Assembly (NCBI GenBank): GCA_964016885.1
Contig: OZ024742.1
Location: 135,532,001 to 135,596,000, forward strand
Origin: Eledone cirrhosa
Taxonomy: Eukaryota
Direction: 5' to 3'
Length of the DNA stretch: 64,000 nucleotides
A model generated the notes under the pieces. The model was not told the DNA's origin and did no database searches. It worked only from the letters and a program-made list of their open reading frames with translations. The number at the start of each line of letters is the position of its first letter. The stretch's first letter is position 1. Below, in pieces: positions 40,803-56,535 of the stretch. A program made the translations under genes and the position numbers.

Positions 40803-41294
40803 TTTTTCTCCGGATTACTTTTGGAACTACAACTGGAACCGTCGAGCAAACTCTACGTGAGCTGTCCATCTACTGTGTGTAATATATATATTACAACACT
40901 ACGAAAAATACTGTATATATATATATACGCTTGTGTCTGTGTGTGTTCTTTAGTATTAAGGTGAGAAATCCAGACATGTTTCAATCTCATTATATCTCAT
41001 CGGTGAAACCCACTGTGAATTGTAAGCTGAATTAAAATTAAAATTTCATCTCTAGAAATATACGGATTAGGCTTTTCTCTTACTTCAGTGTGAAAACACC
41101 TCACTTAACTGGGAAGGCTTCTTTAATAAATTGGCAAAAACATAGTTTTTATTTAGATGTGTATTTATTCGGGAAATTATTGCACTTCCATTGAAAGTAA
41201 ATCAGGAAAATTGAATAATGTCAACTTACAAAAAACTCTGTTCAAACGTTGAGCATCTTTACATATATATGTATATATATATATATATATATTT

Positions 41295-41892
<598 letters not shown>

Positions 41893-41914
41893 CAGATATA
41901 TACATATATATATA

Positions 41915-42977
41915 AGAGAGTATTGAAGCTTGCTTGAAGCATTGTGGAACAATAAGTAAATATCTTTAAGTCGTTTGGAAGCCTCGTCAATGCAAATGGG
42001 TAAATCTCCGGGTAACAAGGTCCGGTGGTGGAGAGAGAGAGATGTAAGTGGGTGTACGTTGAGATGCGTGGTGTGTATAACATGTGTGAGATGTGTAGAA
42101 TGAAGGGAAGAGTATAAAGGATAAAAATAAAAATAAAAATAAAAATAACAACACAAGAGAGAGTTACCTTGGGAGAGATTTATTAGTCCCTATATATTTC
42201 GGATTCACATCCATCAACTGAGGGTTTTTTCCGGGGTGGGGGAAAAGGTTGTCTGTCGGACAACTCGGAACGCGTCTTTCGCTGTTTGTTGATTTGAATA
42301 TCTGAGGTATTCGGCCGAGCGCGCGTGCGCGTGAAATGGGGTCGGTCGTACAGAGGTCAGTGGCAGAATGAGGGAGTGGGATGGCGCTAGCTGTCAGTCT
42401 ATTCTCTGCCTGTTTGTTAAATGTTACTGTATGTGCGTGTGCGTGTGTTGTTGTCTCGCATGAGTGTGTGTGTGTGTGATTGTTGTTGCCATGTTCATCT
42501 GTATTGGCAGCGTAGTATGTTCGTATGGTGGAATGCTACTGTGTGTGTGTGCGTGTGTGTGTGTAGTTGTCTCGTTTGAGTGTGTGTGTGTGTGTGTGTG
42601 TTGTATGTTGTTGCATCGCTTGTTAACTTAGACCAGCCATTTCATTTTGCTTCTCTCTGATCGGTTGTTTATTTGCGGTTGCAGTCGTTTGATAAAAAGC
42701 GCTTCCTTGATACGCAACGTGCCGACGTTTCTTTCAGTCGCTAGAATTGTGACAATGGGCCTTCCGTCTTTGTTTCCGCATTTGTCTATGTGTTTCCGGA
42801 AAGACGAGACCCTGGTTTTAGTGTGCTCTTTGATCCGGATGTGCAAAGGTCGAATTGTGCTACCTATGTAGTATTGGTTGCACCTGTCACATTCTATCTT
42901 ATACACGACGTATGTGCGTAGGCAACAGTTAGCATGGCGTATCGGGCAGTTTCTGAGGGAGCATGCGTCAGTAGATT

Positions 42978-42980
<3 letters not shown>
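41915..42980 (-). mobile_element. PLE fragment of a different clade (CCHH-type GIY-YIG) with 3' UTR
   Basis: Last ~115 aa of ORF 42628-43278: [50 protein letters not shown]. Decayed hammerhead-like motif at about 42188-42224. Confidence 0.85.
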
Positions 42981-45440
<2,460 letters not shown>

Positions 45441-45478
45441 TTTATTATTATTATGTAATAAACAACATAAGGCAATTA

Positions 45479-45538
45479 TTCCATTTACCAGTGGTTTCTT
45501 AAAAGCAAAAGGTTTTGCTTTCAATCCTCAGAATGAAA
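45479..45538 (-). ncRNA. Hammerhead ribozyme (inverted pseudo-LTR copy)
   Basis: Reverse complement of 49287-49346. Confidence 0.85.
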
Positions 45539-45763
45539 AATCCTGGTTTGTTTATTGAATATGGATTCTAAAAACGAAAATGCAATCTATATGAAAGTGA
45601 GGCTGGAAAAGGGAGAAGGAAAGGAAAAATAAAATAAAATAAAACTACACATGCAAACACACACAAAAAAACCCAAAAGCATACTTACACACACACACAT
45701 ATATACACATATAATTTGCACGCATACACATATACACATACACATACATATACATATATATAC

Positions 45764-47401
45764 CGGATTGAAAGCTTAGCTAAGCGTAAAGCATATATTA
45801 CCCTTAAAGACCATAAATTGGACTTTACTAATCGACCTAGTTGTAGACTGATTAACCCGGCTAAATCCGAGGTTGGCCTTGCTAGTAAGAAAATCTTAAG
45901 AAAAATAATTATCCAAATTAGAACTAACACTGTCCTTTCACAGTGGCTAAATACTTCCTCTGTTATTTCTTGGTTCAATAATATACAAGGTAAAAATAAG
46001 TGTAGATTTACGCAATTTGATATTGTCGATTTTTACCCTTCTATTACCGTTTCCTTATTAACTAAAGCCTTAGATTTTGCAAGACCCTTCATTAATATCT
46101 CCAAATTAGAAGAGGACATTATCTTTCATGCCAGAAAAACTTTACTTTTTACTAATGATAAGATTTGGGTTAAAAAGTCAAACCCTGAAAACTCTTTCGA
46201 TGTTGCAATGGGTTCTTATGACAGTGCGGATGTGTGCGACTTAGTAGGATTATTCCTTCTCCACACACTTAAAGAGAAATTTCCGTCCCATAATATCGGT
46301 TTATACCGTGATGACGGATTAGCAGTTTCTCATACCACCAATGGCCATAATCTTGATAAATTCCGTAAAGATTTAATTAGTACCTTTGCTAATCTTAACC
46401 TTAAAATTACTATAGATACGAACCTTACTAATGCTAACTTTCTTGATATTAATCTTGATCTACTTACTGCCTCTTTTAAACCCTATCATAAACCTAATGA
46501 AAATCTTAGGTATATACACAAAGAGTCTTGCCATCCCCCTATAGTTTTTAAAAATCTTATTCCTAACATTAGCCGTAGGATTTCTACTTTATCTTCGTCT
46601 ATAGACATTTTTAATAAAGCCGCCCCTTATTATAATAAAGCCCTTAAGAACAGCGGTTTTACAGAATATATTTCTTATTTACCTATTCCCCCCCCTAAAA
46701 CTAACCATAATAACAGGAAAAGGAAGATTATTTGGTTCACACCCCCCTTCTCTCTAAATGTCAAAACTAATGTAGGAAGGAAATTCCTTGAACTATTAGA
46801 CAAACATTTTCCTCCTATTCATAGATATTATAAGATTTTTAATAGGAATGTAGTTAAGATCAGCTACTCTTGTTGTCCATCCATGAAATCCAAAATCACC
46901 AGTTCAAACCGTACGAGGATAAATCCAGGATGCAGTTGCAGGAAGCCGGATGAATGCCCATTGCAGGGTAAATGTAAAACAAAATCTGTCGTTTATGAGG
47001 CTAAAATAACGCCAGTTATCAACAACCAGCCAGCCAGAAGCGAGCGATATGTCGGTATGACCCAGGACAGGTTTAAAACCAGATTTTACTCACATGTCGC
47101 TTCTTTTAAACACTCAGATAAACGAACATCAACGGCCCTCGCAAGTAAGGTATGGGATCTCAAGGATAGTAATATCCCGTACTCTATTGATTGGTCTATA
47201 TTAGACCATTCGAGGGAGTACCAAAGGGGCACAAAGAATTGTTCTTTGTGTACCACAGAAAAGTATAGGATTTTGCTAAACTTGAGAGACACTTCCGCTT
47301 GCCTTAACTCTAAGACTGAGATCTTCAGATGCTGTCCTCATCTGAAATCGCATCTGATCTGTAACTGGATTGACACTCCTACGATAAATCAACCGCCTTG
47401 A
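45764..47401 (+). CDS. PLE reverse transcriptase plus GIY-YIG endonuclease; lacks the N-terminus, otherwise uninterrupted
   Basis: RLINP, FDIVDFYPSI, AMGS, LYRDDGL, FLDINL, YHKP, SCHP (RT and thumb); CSCRKPDECPL (CxCx5C); VVY..YVG..R..H..E..N (GIY-YIG). The first 16 aa of track ORF 45716 are microsatellite from the inverted arm. Confidence 0.92.
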   Translation, partial: RIESLAKRKAYITLKDHKLDFTNRPSCRLINPAKSEVGLASKKILRKIIIQIRTNTVLSQWLNTSSVISWFNNIQGKNKCRFTQFDIVDFYPSITVSLLTKALDFARPFINISKLEEDIIFHARKTLLFTNDKIWVKKSNPENSFDVAMGSYDSADVCDLVGLFLLHTLKEKFPSHNIGLYRDDGLAVSHTTNGHNLDKFRKDLISTFANLNLKITIDTNLTNANFLDINLDLLTASFKPYHKPNENLRYIHKESCHPPIVFKNLIPNISRRISTLSSSIDIFNKAAPYYNKALKNSGFTEYISYLPIPPPKTNHNNRKRKIIWFTPPFSLNVKTNVGRKFLELLDKHFPPIHRYYKIFNRNVVKISYSCCPSMKSKITSSNRTRINPGCSCRKPDECPLQGKCKTKSVVYEAKITPVINNQPARSERYVGMTQDRFKTRFYSHVASFKHSDKRTSTALASKVWDLKDSNIPYSIDWSILDHSREYQRGTKNCSLCTTEKYRILLNLRDTSACLNSKTEIFRCCPHLKSHLICNWIDTPTINQPP

Positions 47402-47687
47402 ACTCCTTCTCTGCTCTTTACTTTTGCTACGGCTTTTATTTTGCTGCTTCTACCTTCTGTACTCTTGTATTTAAAAAATATTTTTTTCTCCCTTACCTCC
47501 CTTTATATTTTTACCTCCTCTAGGCCCCCCACCCCATATATTCTTTTTGTTTTGCCCTTCACATACCTATGTGTATGTGTATGTATTTTTGTGTGTATAT
47601 ATGTATATGTGTACGTATATGTTTGTGTATGTATATATATGTGTATGTATGTATGTATATGTGTGTGTGTGTATGTGTGTATATATG

Positions 47688-47727
<40 letters not shown>

Positions 47728-47793
47728 TATATATATATATGTATATATATATATGTGTGTGTGCGTGTCTGTATGTGTGTATATATTTGTATA

Positions 47794-47852
47794 TTTCATT
47801 CTGAAGATTGAAGGAAACTTTTTTTGCTTTTAAGAAACCTCTGGTGAATGGA
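47794..47852 (+). ncRNA. Diverged, probably inactive hammerhead copy (GUG at the cleavage triplet)
   Basis: TTTCATT-CTGAAGA-TTGAAGG...CTTTTAA-GAAA-CC-TCT-GGTG-AATGGA. Confidence 0.7.
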
Positions 47853-48309
47853 TTAATTGCCTTGTATGGCTTTATTACTTTACTACTATATATACGTTTA
47901 TGTAAGGTTCATTTGTCTTATCTAATACTGAGCTTTACACATACACACATGTATATGTGTGTGTGTATGTGTATGCATGTGTGTATGTGTACGTGTGCGT
48001 GTGTATATATATATATATATATATATATTTGTGTATATATGTGTGTATATGTATATATGTATATGTATATATGTATGTATGTATATGTACGTGTATGTAT
48101 GTATATGTTGCGTGTGTTTTTATTTATTTTTATGTATGTGTGGGTTTGTGTGTGGGTGTGTGTGTGTGTATATATGTGTGTGTGTTTGTATTTGGTTGTG
48201 CGTTCTTTTGATATATACGTATTTGCATGTGTATAATTGTTTAGCTATGTATGTATATGTGTGTTTACGTATTTATATGTGTGTGTGCGTTTATATTTTT
48301 ATATTTTTG

Positions 48310-48368
<59 letters not shown>

Positions 48369-48768
48369 GTGTGTGTGTGTGTATATAATTACATATACAT
48401 GTGTGTGTTTATATTGTATACGTGTACGTGTTTGCGTATGTATGTGTATGTACGTGTTTATGTATTTGTATATGTATATTTATGTGTGAGAGTGTGTGTA
48501 TGTGTTTACTATTTCGAACGTATGTATATGCGCTTATGTGTGTATTACTTACCACGCGTGTCTGTCCTGTTAGCTGGGGCATGTATCGCTGTCAAATATT
48601 TGTTAATATTATTTATATATTTTTTTCTTATATTTATTTGCGTGTGTTAATATGTAGTGGAGTGCATTCATGTATGTGTATGTATGTACGTTGTATGTTT
48701 GTGTGAATGTATGTATATATATGTGTGTGTATATATATGTGTGTGTGTATGTGTAGGCTTGTACACAC

Positions 48769-48806
<38 letters not shown>

Positions 48807-48829
48807 ATATGTGTATATGTGTGTATATG

Positions 48830-48867
<38 letters not shown>

Positions 48868-49026
48868 GATATGTACATGTGTATATATATGTATGTGCGT
48901 GTGTATGTGTGTGTGTGTGTGTGCGTGTGTATGTATGAATATATGTATGTGTATATGTGTGTATATATATGTGTATGTGTGTGTAGGTGTACGCTCTTTT
49001 TATATATATATATGTGTATGTATGTG

Positions 49027-49077
<51 letters not shown>

Positions 49078-49286
49078 GTATGTGTATGTGTATATGTGTA
49101 TGCGTGCAAATTATATGTGTATATATGTGTGTGTGTGTAAGTATGCTTTTGGGTTTTTTTGTGTGTGTTTGCATGTGTAGTTTTATTTTATTTTATTTTT
49201 CCTTTCCTTCTCCCTTTTCCAGCCTCACTTTCATATAGATTGCATTTTCGTTTTTAGAATCCATATTCAATAAACAAACCAGGATT

Positions 49287-49346
49287 TTTCATTCTGAGGA
49301 TTGAAAGCAAAACCTTTTGCTTTTAAGAAACCACTGGTAAATGGAA
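49287..49346 (+). ncRNA. Type-I hammerhead ribozyme in the PLE 3' pseudo-LTR
   Basis: TTTCATT-CTGAGGA-TTGAAAGCAAAA-CC-TTTTGCTTTTAA-GAAA-CC-ACT-GGTA-AATGGAA: 7-bp stem I, about 11-12-bp stem II, GUA site. Confidence 0.88.
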
Positions 49347-49472
49347 TAATTGCCTTATGTTGTTTATTACATAATAATAATAATTAAGCTCTGTTGCTTA
49401 CATAGAGCACTCTTTTTTCCTGGACTTTTCCGATGGAATTACTTCATTTACACATATATATATATTTACATA

Positions 49473-49517
<45 letters not shown>

Positions 49518-49999
49518 GTATATATACGATATTAATAAATGGAAACTATATTTATAAAACCATATTTATTTCATTATACATTTTTCAGGGATACCAAATT
49601 AAAATATGGTATGCCTTCATCAGACAAAATACAATATATAAACAGTTTTATAAATAATTTTGACGTACCCTATTAGATGCAACCATTATTTTTGGAAGCT
49701 GTCCAGACAGCTTCCAATAATCATATCCAAAGCAACAATTGTTTTCCTATTTTTAGAAATGATGAAAATAGCATTTTCTATTAATCATCACCATCAACAT
49801 CACTTTTATTATTATTATTATTGTTGTTGTTGTTGTTGTTGTTAGTGGTCGTAGTCATAGTGGCAGTAGAAGTAATACCCCTAAGCGTTATTATTGTTCA
49901 TTTAGCTTGGGTTTGAATTTATCAATAAAATTCTTTTCTTTGATTTTTCTCTTGATTTCACTTGGGCTGTGTAATTTGTAGAAAAGGGAATATTATAAA

Positions 50000-51055
50000 T
50001 ATTCCCTGACCACATGTTGCTAGATGGTTACTTAAGGGTATCTGGCGGACATTTGGGTCTCTGATTTGTTAACGGTGTACCCGTGCACGTTCCGATAGTG
50101 CATTTCCAGTTTGACTGATATATAGTTCTTGGACATCCTGCTGGACTAAAATCAAAACCTGTCAAAGGGAAAAGGAGCTCTTAAGAGTCAATGGCCATCC
50201 AAAATCACCGGGAGAGATGACCCCTTAGCCTTTGTCAAGGCATAATTGTAGGAGAAGGAAAACTCTGATATAACACCTGCAAATCTGATGGTATCCAATG
50301 ATGTTGACTTGTTCTTCTTTTTGGTAAATATCATCTTGGTTACGAGAGTGGGACTGGCTTTGTGCAGTGCCTTTGCTCACTATAAAAGCTTCACGGCACA
50401 AGCATTGCTTTATATCTGGAGATCTCTCTACACTTGTCATCACGTGGTACCATGGGCCCAGCACTATGTGTCAATAATTGTCACAAGTGTAGTGTTTGTA
50501 CCAGAGTTTTCAAGTCGCTGGCTTGACTAAAATGTCACGTTCGTTCAGCGTATCGGTAGGGGTTCTCCTACATGGATATAAAGTAGTGGCCGTACTCGAA
50601 AACGAGTTGGCAGCCACCTTGTATGTATCCGGGAGAGATGACCCCTTTGCCTTTGTCAAGACAGAATTCTAGGAGAAGGAAAACTGTGATATAACACTTG
50701 CAACTCTGATGGTATCCAATGATGTTGACTTGTTCTTCTTTCTGGTAAATATCATCTTGGTTAAGAGAGTGGGCTGGCTTTGTGCAGTGCATTTACTCAC
50801 TATTAAAGCTTCACGGCCCAGGCATTGCTTTATATCTGGAGATCTCTCTACACTTGTCGTCACATGGTACCATGGGCCCAGCACTATGTGTCAATAATTG
50901 TCACAAGTGTAGTGTTTGTACCAGAGTTTTCAAGTCGCTGGCTGGACTAAAAAGTCACACTCGTTCAGCGCATCGGTAGGGGTCCTCCTACATGGATATA
51001 AAGTAGTGGCCGTACTCGAAAACGAGTTGGCAGCCACCATGTATGTATGTATGTA
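50000..51055 (+). mobile_element. RTE-type LINE 3' fragment with a 421-bp tandem duplication
   Basis: Units at 50208-50628 and 50629-51050. Each encodes CSVCTRVFKSLAGLKSHTRSAH-like fingers and ends GGCCGTACTCGAAAACGAGTTGGCAGCCACC-(ATGT)n, similar to 28818-28862. Confidence 0.8.
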
Positions 51056-51359
51056 TCTATGTATGCGTGTGCGTGTGTGTGCGTGCGCGTGTGTGCGCAC
51101 ACAGCTATTCCAATGTTTGTTTTCTATGAGATTTCTCCTAATTCTTCAATCCCACAAACTCAATTGTTGAAAGAGACATTATGATGTGAAGATTGGACTG
51201 GTAATTTTCAATAGCATGTCGCCTACTACGACGGAATTGGTGATGAGGAGGAGAGGAAAGAGGAGGAGGCATAAAGAAGGTGAGTAGGAGGCAGGGAAAT
51301 CTTATAACATCATTACTGATGAGGAGGAGGATAATTAGAACAATCAAGATAACGATGTT

Positions 51360-51703
51360 GCTGTTATTGATGATAATGATGACGATGGTGATTATGATGA
51401 CGATGATGATGACGATAATGATGATAATGATGATGATGTTTAGGGGAGGATGTTGATAGTGGCGGGGTTGATTATCATGATGAGCATGACCATGTCGGTG
51501 GGGGAGTTGGTGTTGGTGAAGATGATGATAATTGTGTTGATAATGATGTTAATGATCATGATAGTCACGGTGATGTTCGTGATGGTGATGGTGGTGATGA
51601 TGGTGGTGATGGTGGTGGTGGTGGTGGTGGTGGTGGTGATGATGATGATCATCATCATCATCACCACCATCATCATCACCTCGACCATCATCATAATCAT
51701 CAC

Positions 51704-51735
<32 letters not shown>

Positions 51736-52200
51736 GCACCATCATCATCATCATCACCTCCATCATCATCATCATCATCACCACCATCATCCTCATCATC
51801 ACCACCATTATCACCATCATCATCATCACCATCACCACCACCACCATCACCATCACCATCAACACCATCATCATCATCATCATCATCATCCTCATCATCA
51901 CCACCACCATCATCACCATCACCATCACCTCCATCATCATCATCATCATCATCATCACAATCATCAACTCCATCATCATCATCACCTCCATCATCATCAC
52001 CATCATCATCATCATTATCATTATCATCAACATCATCATCACCACAACCATCATCATCATCACCTCCATCATCATCATCAGCTCCATCATCATCACCACC
52101 ATCATCATCATCATCATCATCACCACCATCATCATCATCACCACCATCATCATCATCATCATCACCACCATCATCATCATCACCACCATCATCATCAACA
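51360..52200. repeat. (GAT/GGT)n followed by (CAT/CAC)n low-complexity block
   Basis: Polarity switches at about 51648 (GATGATGATCATCATC). Confidence 0.9.
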
Positions 52201-52265
52201 ACATGAAGTTGAAAATGTATATGATGAAATTGGAGGTGGTGAAACTCTTGTTAACAATGGAAACT

Positions 52266-55200
52266 ATGGTAGCAGTGGTGATGACGATGGTAGCAGTGGT
52301 GATGACGATGGTAGCAGTGGTGATGACGATGGTAGCAGTGGTGATGACGATGGTAGCAGTGGTGATGACGATGGTAGCAGTGGTGATGACGATGGTAGCA
52401 GTGGTGATGACGATGGTAGCAGTGGTGATGACGATGGTAGCAGTGGTGATGACGATGGTAGCAGTGGTGATGACGATGGTAGCAGTGGTGATGACGATGG
52501 TAGCAGTGGTGATGACGATGGTAGCAGTGGTGATGACGATGGTAGCAGTGATGATGACGATGGTAGCAGTGGTGATGACGATGGTAGCAGTGGTGATGAC
52601 GTTGGTAGCAGTGGTGATGACGATGGTAGCAGTGGTGATGACGATGGTAGAAGTGATGATGACGATGGTAGAAGTGATGATGACGATGGTAGCAGTGGTG
52701 ATGACGATGGTAGCAGTGGTGATGACGATGGTAGCAGTGATGATGACGATGGTAGCAGTGATGATGACGATGGTAGCAGTGATGATGACGATGGTAGCAG
52801 TGATGATGACGATGGTAGCAGTGATGATGACGATGGTAGCAGTGATGATGACGATGGTAGCAGTGGTGATGACGATGGTAGCAGTGGTGATGACGATGGT
52901 AGCAGTGGTGATGACGATGGTAGCAGTGATGATGACGATGGTAGCAGTGATGTTGACGATGGTAGCAGTGGTGATGACGATGGTAGCAGTGATGATGACG
53001 ATGGTAGCAGTGATGATGACGATGGTAGCAGTGATGATGACGATGGTAGCAGTGATGATGACGATGGTAGCAGTGATGATGACGATGGTAGCAGTGGTGA
53101 TGACGATGGTAGCAGTGATGATGACGATGGTAGCAGTGGTGATGACGATGGTAGCAGTGGTGATGACGATGGTAGCAGTGGTGATGACGATGGTAGCAGT
53201 GGTGATGACGATGGTAGCAGTGGTGATGACGATGGTAGAAGTGGTGATGACGATGGTAGCAGTGGTGATGACGATGGTAGCAGTGGTGATGACGATGGTA
53301 GCAGTGGTGATGACGATGGTAGCAGTGGTGATGACGATGGTAGCAGTGGTGATGACGATGGTAGCAGTGATGATGACGATGGTAGCAGTGGTGATGACGA
53401 TGGTAGAAGTGATGATGACGATGGTAGAAGTGATGATGACGATGGTAGCAGTGGTGATGACGATGGTAGCAGTGGTGATGACGATGGTAGAAGTGATGAT
53501 GACGATGGTAGAAGTGATGATGACGATGGTAGCAGTGGTGATGACGATGGTAGCAGTGGTGATGACGATGGTAGAAGTGATGATGACGATGGTAGCAGTG
53601 ATGATGACGATGGTAGCAGTGATGATGTCGATGGTAGCAGTGGTGATGACGATGGTAGCAGTGGTGATGACGATGGTAGCAGTGGTGATGACGATGGTAG
53701 CAGTGGTGACGACGATGGTAGAAGTGGTGACGACAATGGTAGCAGTGGTGACGACGATGGTAGCAGTGATGATGACGATGGTAGCAGTGGTGATGACGAT
53801 GGTAGCAGTGATGACGACAATGGTAGCAGTGGTGACGACGATGGTAGCAGTGGTGATGACGATGGTAGCAGTGGTGATGACGATGGTAGAAGTGATGATG
53901 ACGATGGTAGCAGTGGTGATGACGATGGTAGCAGTGATGACGACAATGGTAGCAGTGGTGACGACGATGGTAGCAGTGATGATGGCAATGGTAGCAGTGG
54001 TGATGACGATGGTAGCAGTGGTGATGACGATGGTAGCAGTGGTGATGACGATGGTAGCAGTGGTGATGACGATGGTAGCAGTGGCGATGACGATGGTAGC
54101 AGTGGTGATGACGATGGTAGCAGTGGCGATGACGATGGTAGCAGTGATGATGACGATGGTAGCAGTGATGATGGCGATGGTAGCAGTGGTGATGACGATG
54201 GTAGCAGTGATGATGGCAATGGTAGCAGTGGTGATGACTATGGTAGCAGTGATGATGACGATGGTAGCAGTGATGATGACGATGGTAGCAGTGATGATGA
54301 CGATGGTAGCAGTGATGATGACGATGGTAGAAGTGATGATGACGATGGTAACAGTGATGATGACGATGGTAGCAGTGGTGATGACGATGGTAACAGTGGT
54401 GATGACGATGGTAGCAGTGATGATGACGATGGTAGCAGTGATGATGACGATGGTAGCAGTGGTGATGACGATGGTAGCAGTGATGATGGCGATGGTAGCA
54501 GTGGTGATGACGATGGTAGCAGTGATGATGACGATGGTAGCAGTGGTGATGACGATGGTAGCCATGATGATGGCGATGGTAGCAGTGGTGATGACGATGG
54601 TAGCAGTGATGATGACGATGGTAGCAGTGGTGATGACGATGGTAGCAGTGGTGATGACGATGGTAGCAGTGGTGATGACGATGGTAGCAGTGATGATGAC
54701 GATGGTAGCAGTGGTGATGACGATGGTAGCAGTGGTGATGACGATGGTAACAGTCATGATGACGATGGTAGCAGTGATGATGACGATGGTAGCAGTGGTG
54801 ATGACGATGGTAACAGTGGTGATGACGATGGTAGCAGTGATGATGACGATGGTAGCAGTGGTGATGACGATGGTAGCAGTGATGATGGCGATGGTAGCAG
54901 TGGTGATGACGATGGTAGCAGTGATGATGACGATGGTAGCAGTGGTGATGACGATGGTAGCAGTGGTGATGACGATGGTAGCAGTGGTGATGACGATGGT
55001 AGCAGTGATGATGACGATGGTAGCAGTGATGATGACGATGGTAGCAGTGGTGATGACGATGGTAGCAGTGGTGATGACGATGGTAGCAGTGATGATGACG
55101 ATGGTAGCAGTGGTGATGACGATGGTAGCAGTGGTGATGACGATGGTAGCAGTGGTGATGACGATGGTAGCAGTGATGATGACGATGGTAGCAGTGATGA

Positions 55201-55603
55201 TGACGATGGTAGCAGTGGTGATGACGATGGTAGCAGTGGTGATGACGATGGTAGCAGTGATGATGACGATGGTAGCAGTGATGATGACGATGGTAGAAGT
55301 GATGATGACGATGGTAGCAGTGATGATGACGATGGTAGCAGTGGTGATGACGATGGTAGCTGTGGTGATGACGATGGTAGCAGTGGTGATGACGATGGTA
55401 GCAGTGGTGATGACGATGGTAGAAGTGGTGATGACGATGGTAGCAGTGGTGATGACGATGGTAGCTGTGGTGATGACGATGGTAGCAGTGGTGATGACGA
55501 TGGTAGCAGTGGTGATGACGATGGTAGAAGTGGTGATGACGATGGTAGCAGTGATGATGACGATGGTAGCAGTGATGATGACGATGGTAGCAGTGGTGAT
55601 GAC
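52266..55603. repeat. 21-bp minisatellite (GATGGTAGCAGTG[G/A]TGATGAC), about 159 copies
   Basis: Read directly from the sequence; 3338 bp divided by 21; only substitution variants seen. Confidence 0.97.
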
Positions 55604-55677
55604 GTATAACATTGACGATAAGAATGAAGAAGATATATCTAAATCAGATATAAAGTTACATTGGTGCTGTTGTTAAG

Positions 55678-56340
55678 GATGATGATGATGATATTGCTGA
55701 TGGTAATGATGATGATGATATTGCTGATGGTAATGATGATGATGCTGATGATGATGATATTGCTGATGGTAATTATAATGTGAACAATAATAAAGGCAAT
55801 AACGACGAAGAAGAGGATAGCAATGATGTTGAGGAGGGGGTGATGCTGATGGTGATGGTGCGTTTTGTGGTGGTAATCGTCGTCGTTTTCGTTCTGATGA
55901 TGATGATGATGATGATGATGGTGATGGTGATGGTGATGATGACGTTGATGATGGTGATGGTGATGATGGTGATGATAGTGATGGTGATGATGATGGTGAT
56001 GGTGATGATGGTGATGATGGTGATGATGTCGATGACGATGATGGTGATGATGGTGATGATGATGATGCTGATGATGCTGATGATGATGTTGATGATGATG
56101 ATGATGATGATGGTGATGATGGTGATGATGATGATGATGATGATGATGGTGATGATGGTGATGATGGTTATGGTGACGATGGTGATGATGGTGATGATGG
56201 TGATGATGGTGATTATGATGTTGATGATGATGATGATGGTGATGATGGTGATGATGGTGATGATGGTGATGATTATGATGATGGTGATGATGGTGATGAT
56301 GGTGATGATGGTGATGATGATGTTGTTGATGATGATGATG
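55678..56340. repeat. (GAT/GGT)n microsatellite
   Basis: Read directly from the sequence. Confidence 0.95.
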
Positions 56341-56492
56341 ACAATAAAATTGCTTCAAATTTAGGAAATTACAAAAAAAAAACGAATCAAGTAGAAACAG
56401 AAATGCACGGACACACTCAATTATATACACGCATACACAGGCAGAAACATACACACATCCATACATACACACACACATATATGTATATACAT

Positions 56493-56535
<43 letters not shown>

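Larger units (their letters stand above)
45443..49381 (+). mobile_element. Penelope-like retroelement (probably Hydra clade), 5'-truncated, with inverted pseudo-LTR
   Basis: Near-perfect inverted arms at about 45443-45761 / 49068-49381, an RT-GIY-YIG ORF, three hammerhead copies and a (TA)n context. Confidence 0.92.

Noticed and set aside
52266-55603. Possible CRISPR-like array
   Set aside because: Contiguous tandem units with no unique spacers, in a eukaryotic context with no cas genes.
51440-55676. 1390-aa, 1408-aa and 651-aa ORFs (ITTATIV, MVAVVMT, LLPSSSP repeats)
   Set aside because: Alternative frames of the 21-bp minisatellite, open on both strands; no independent coding evidence.
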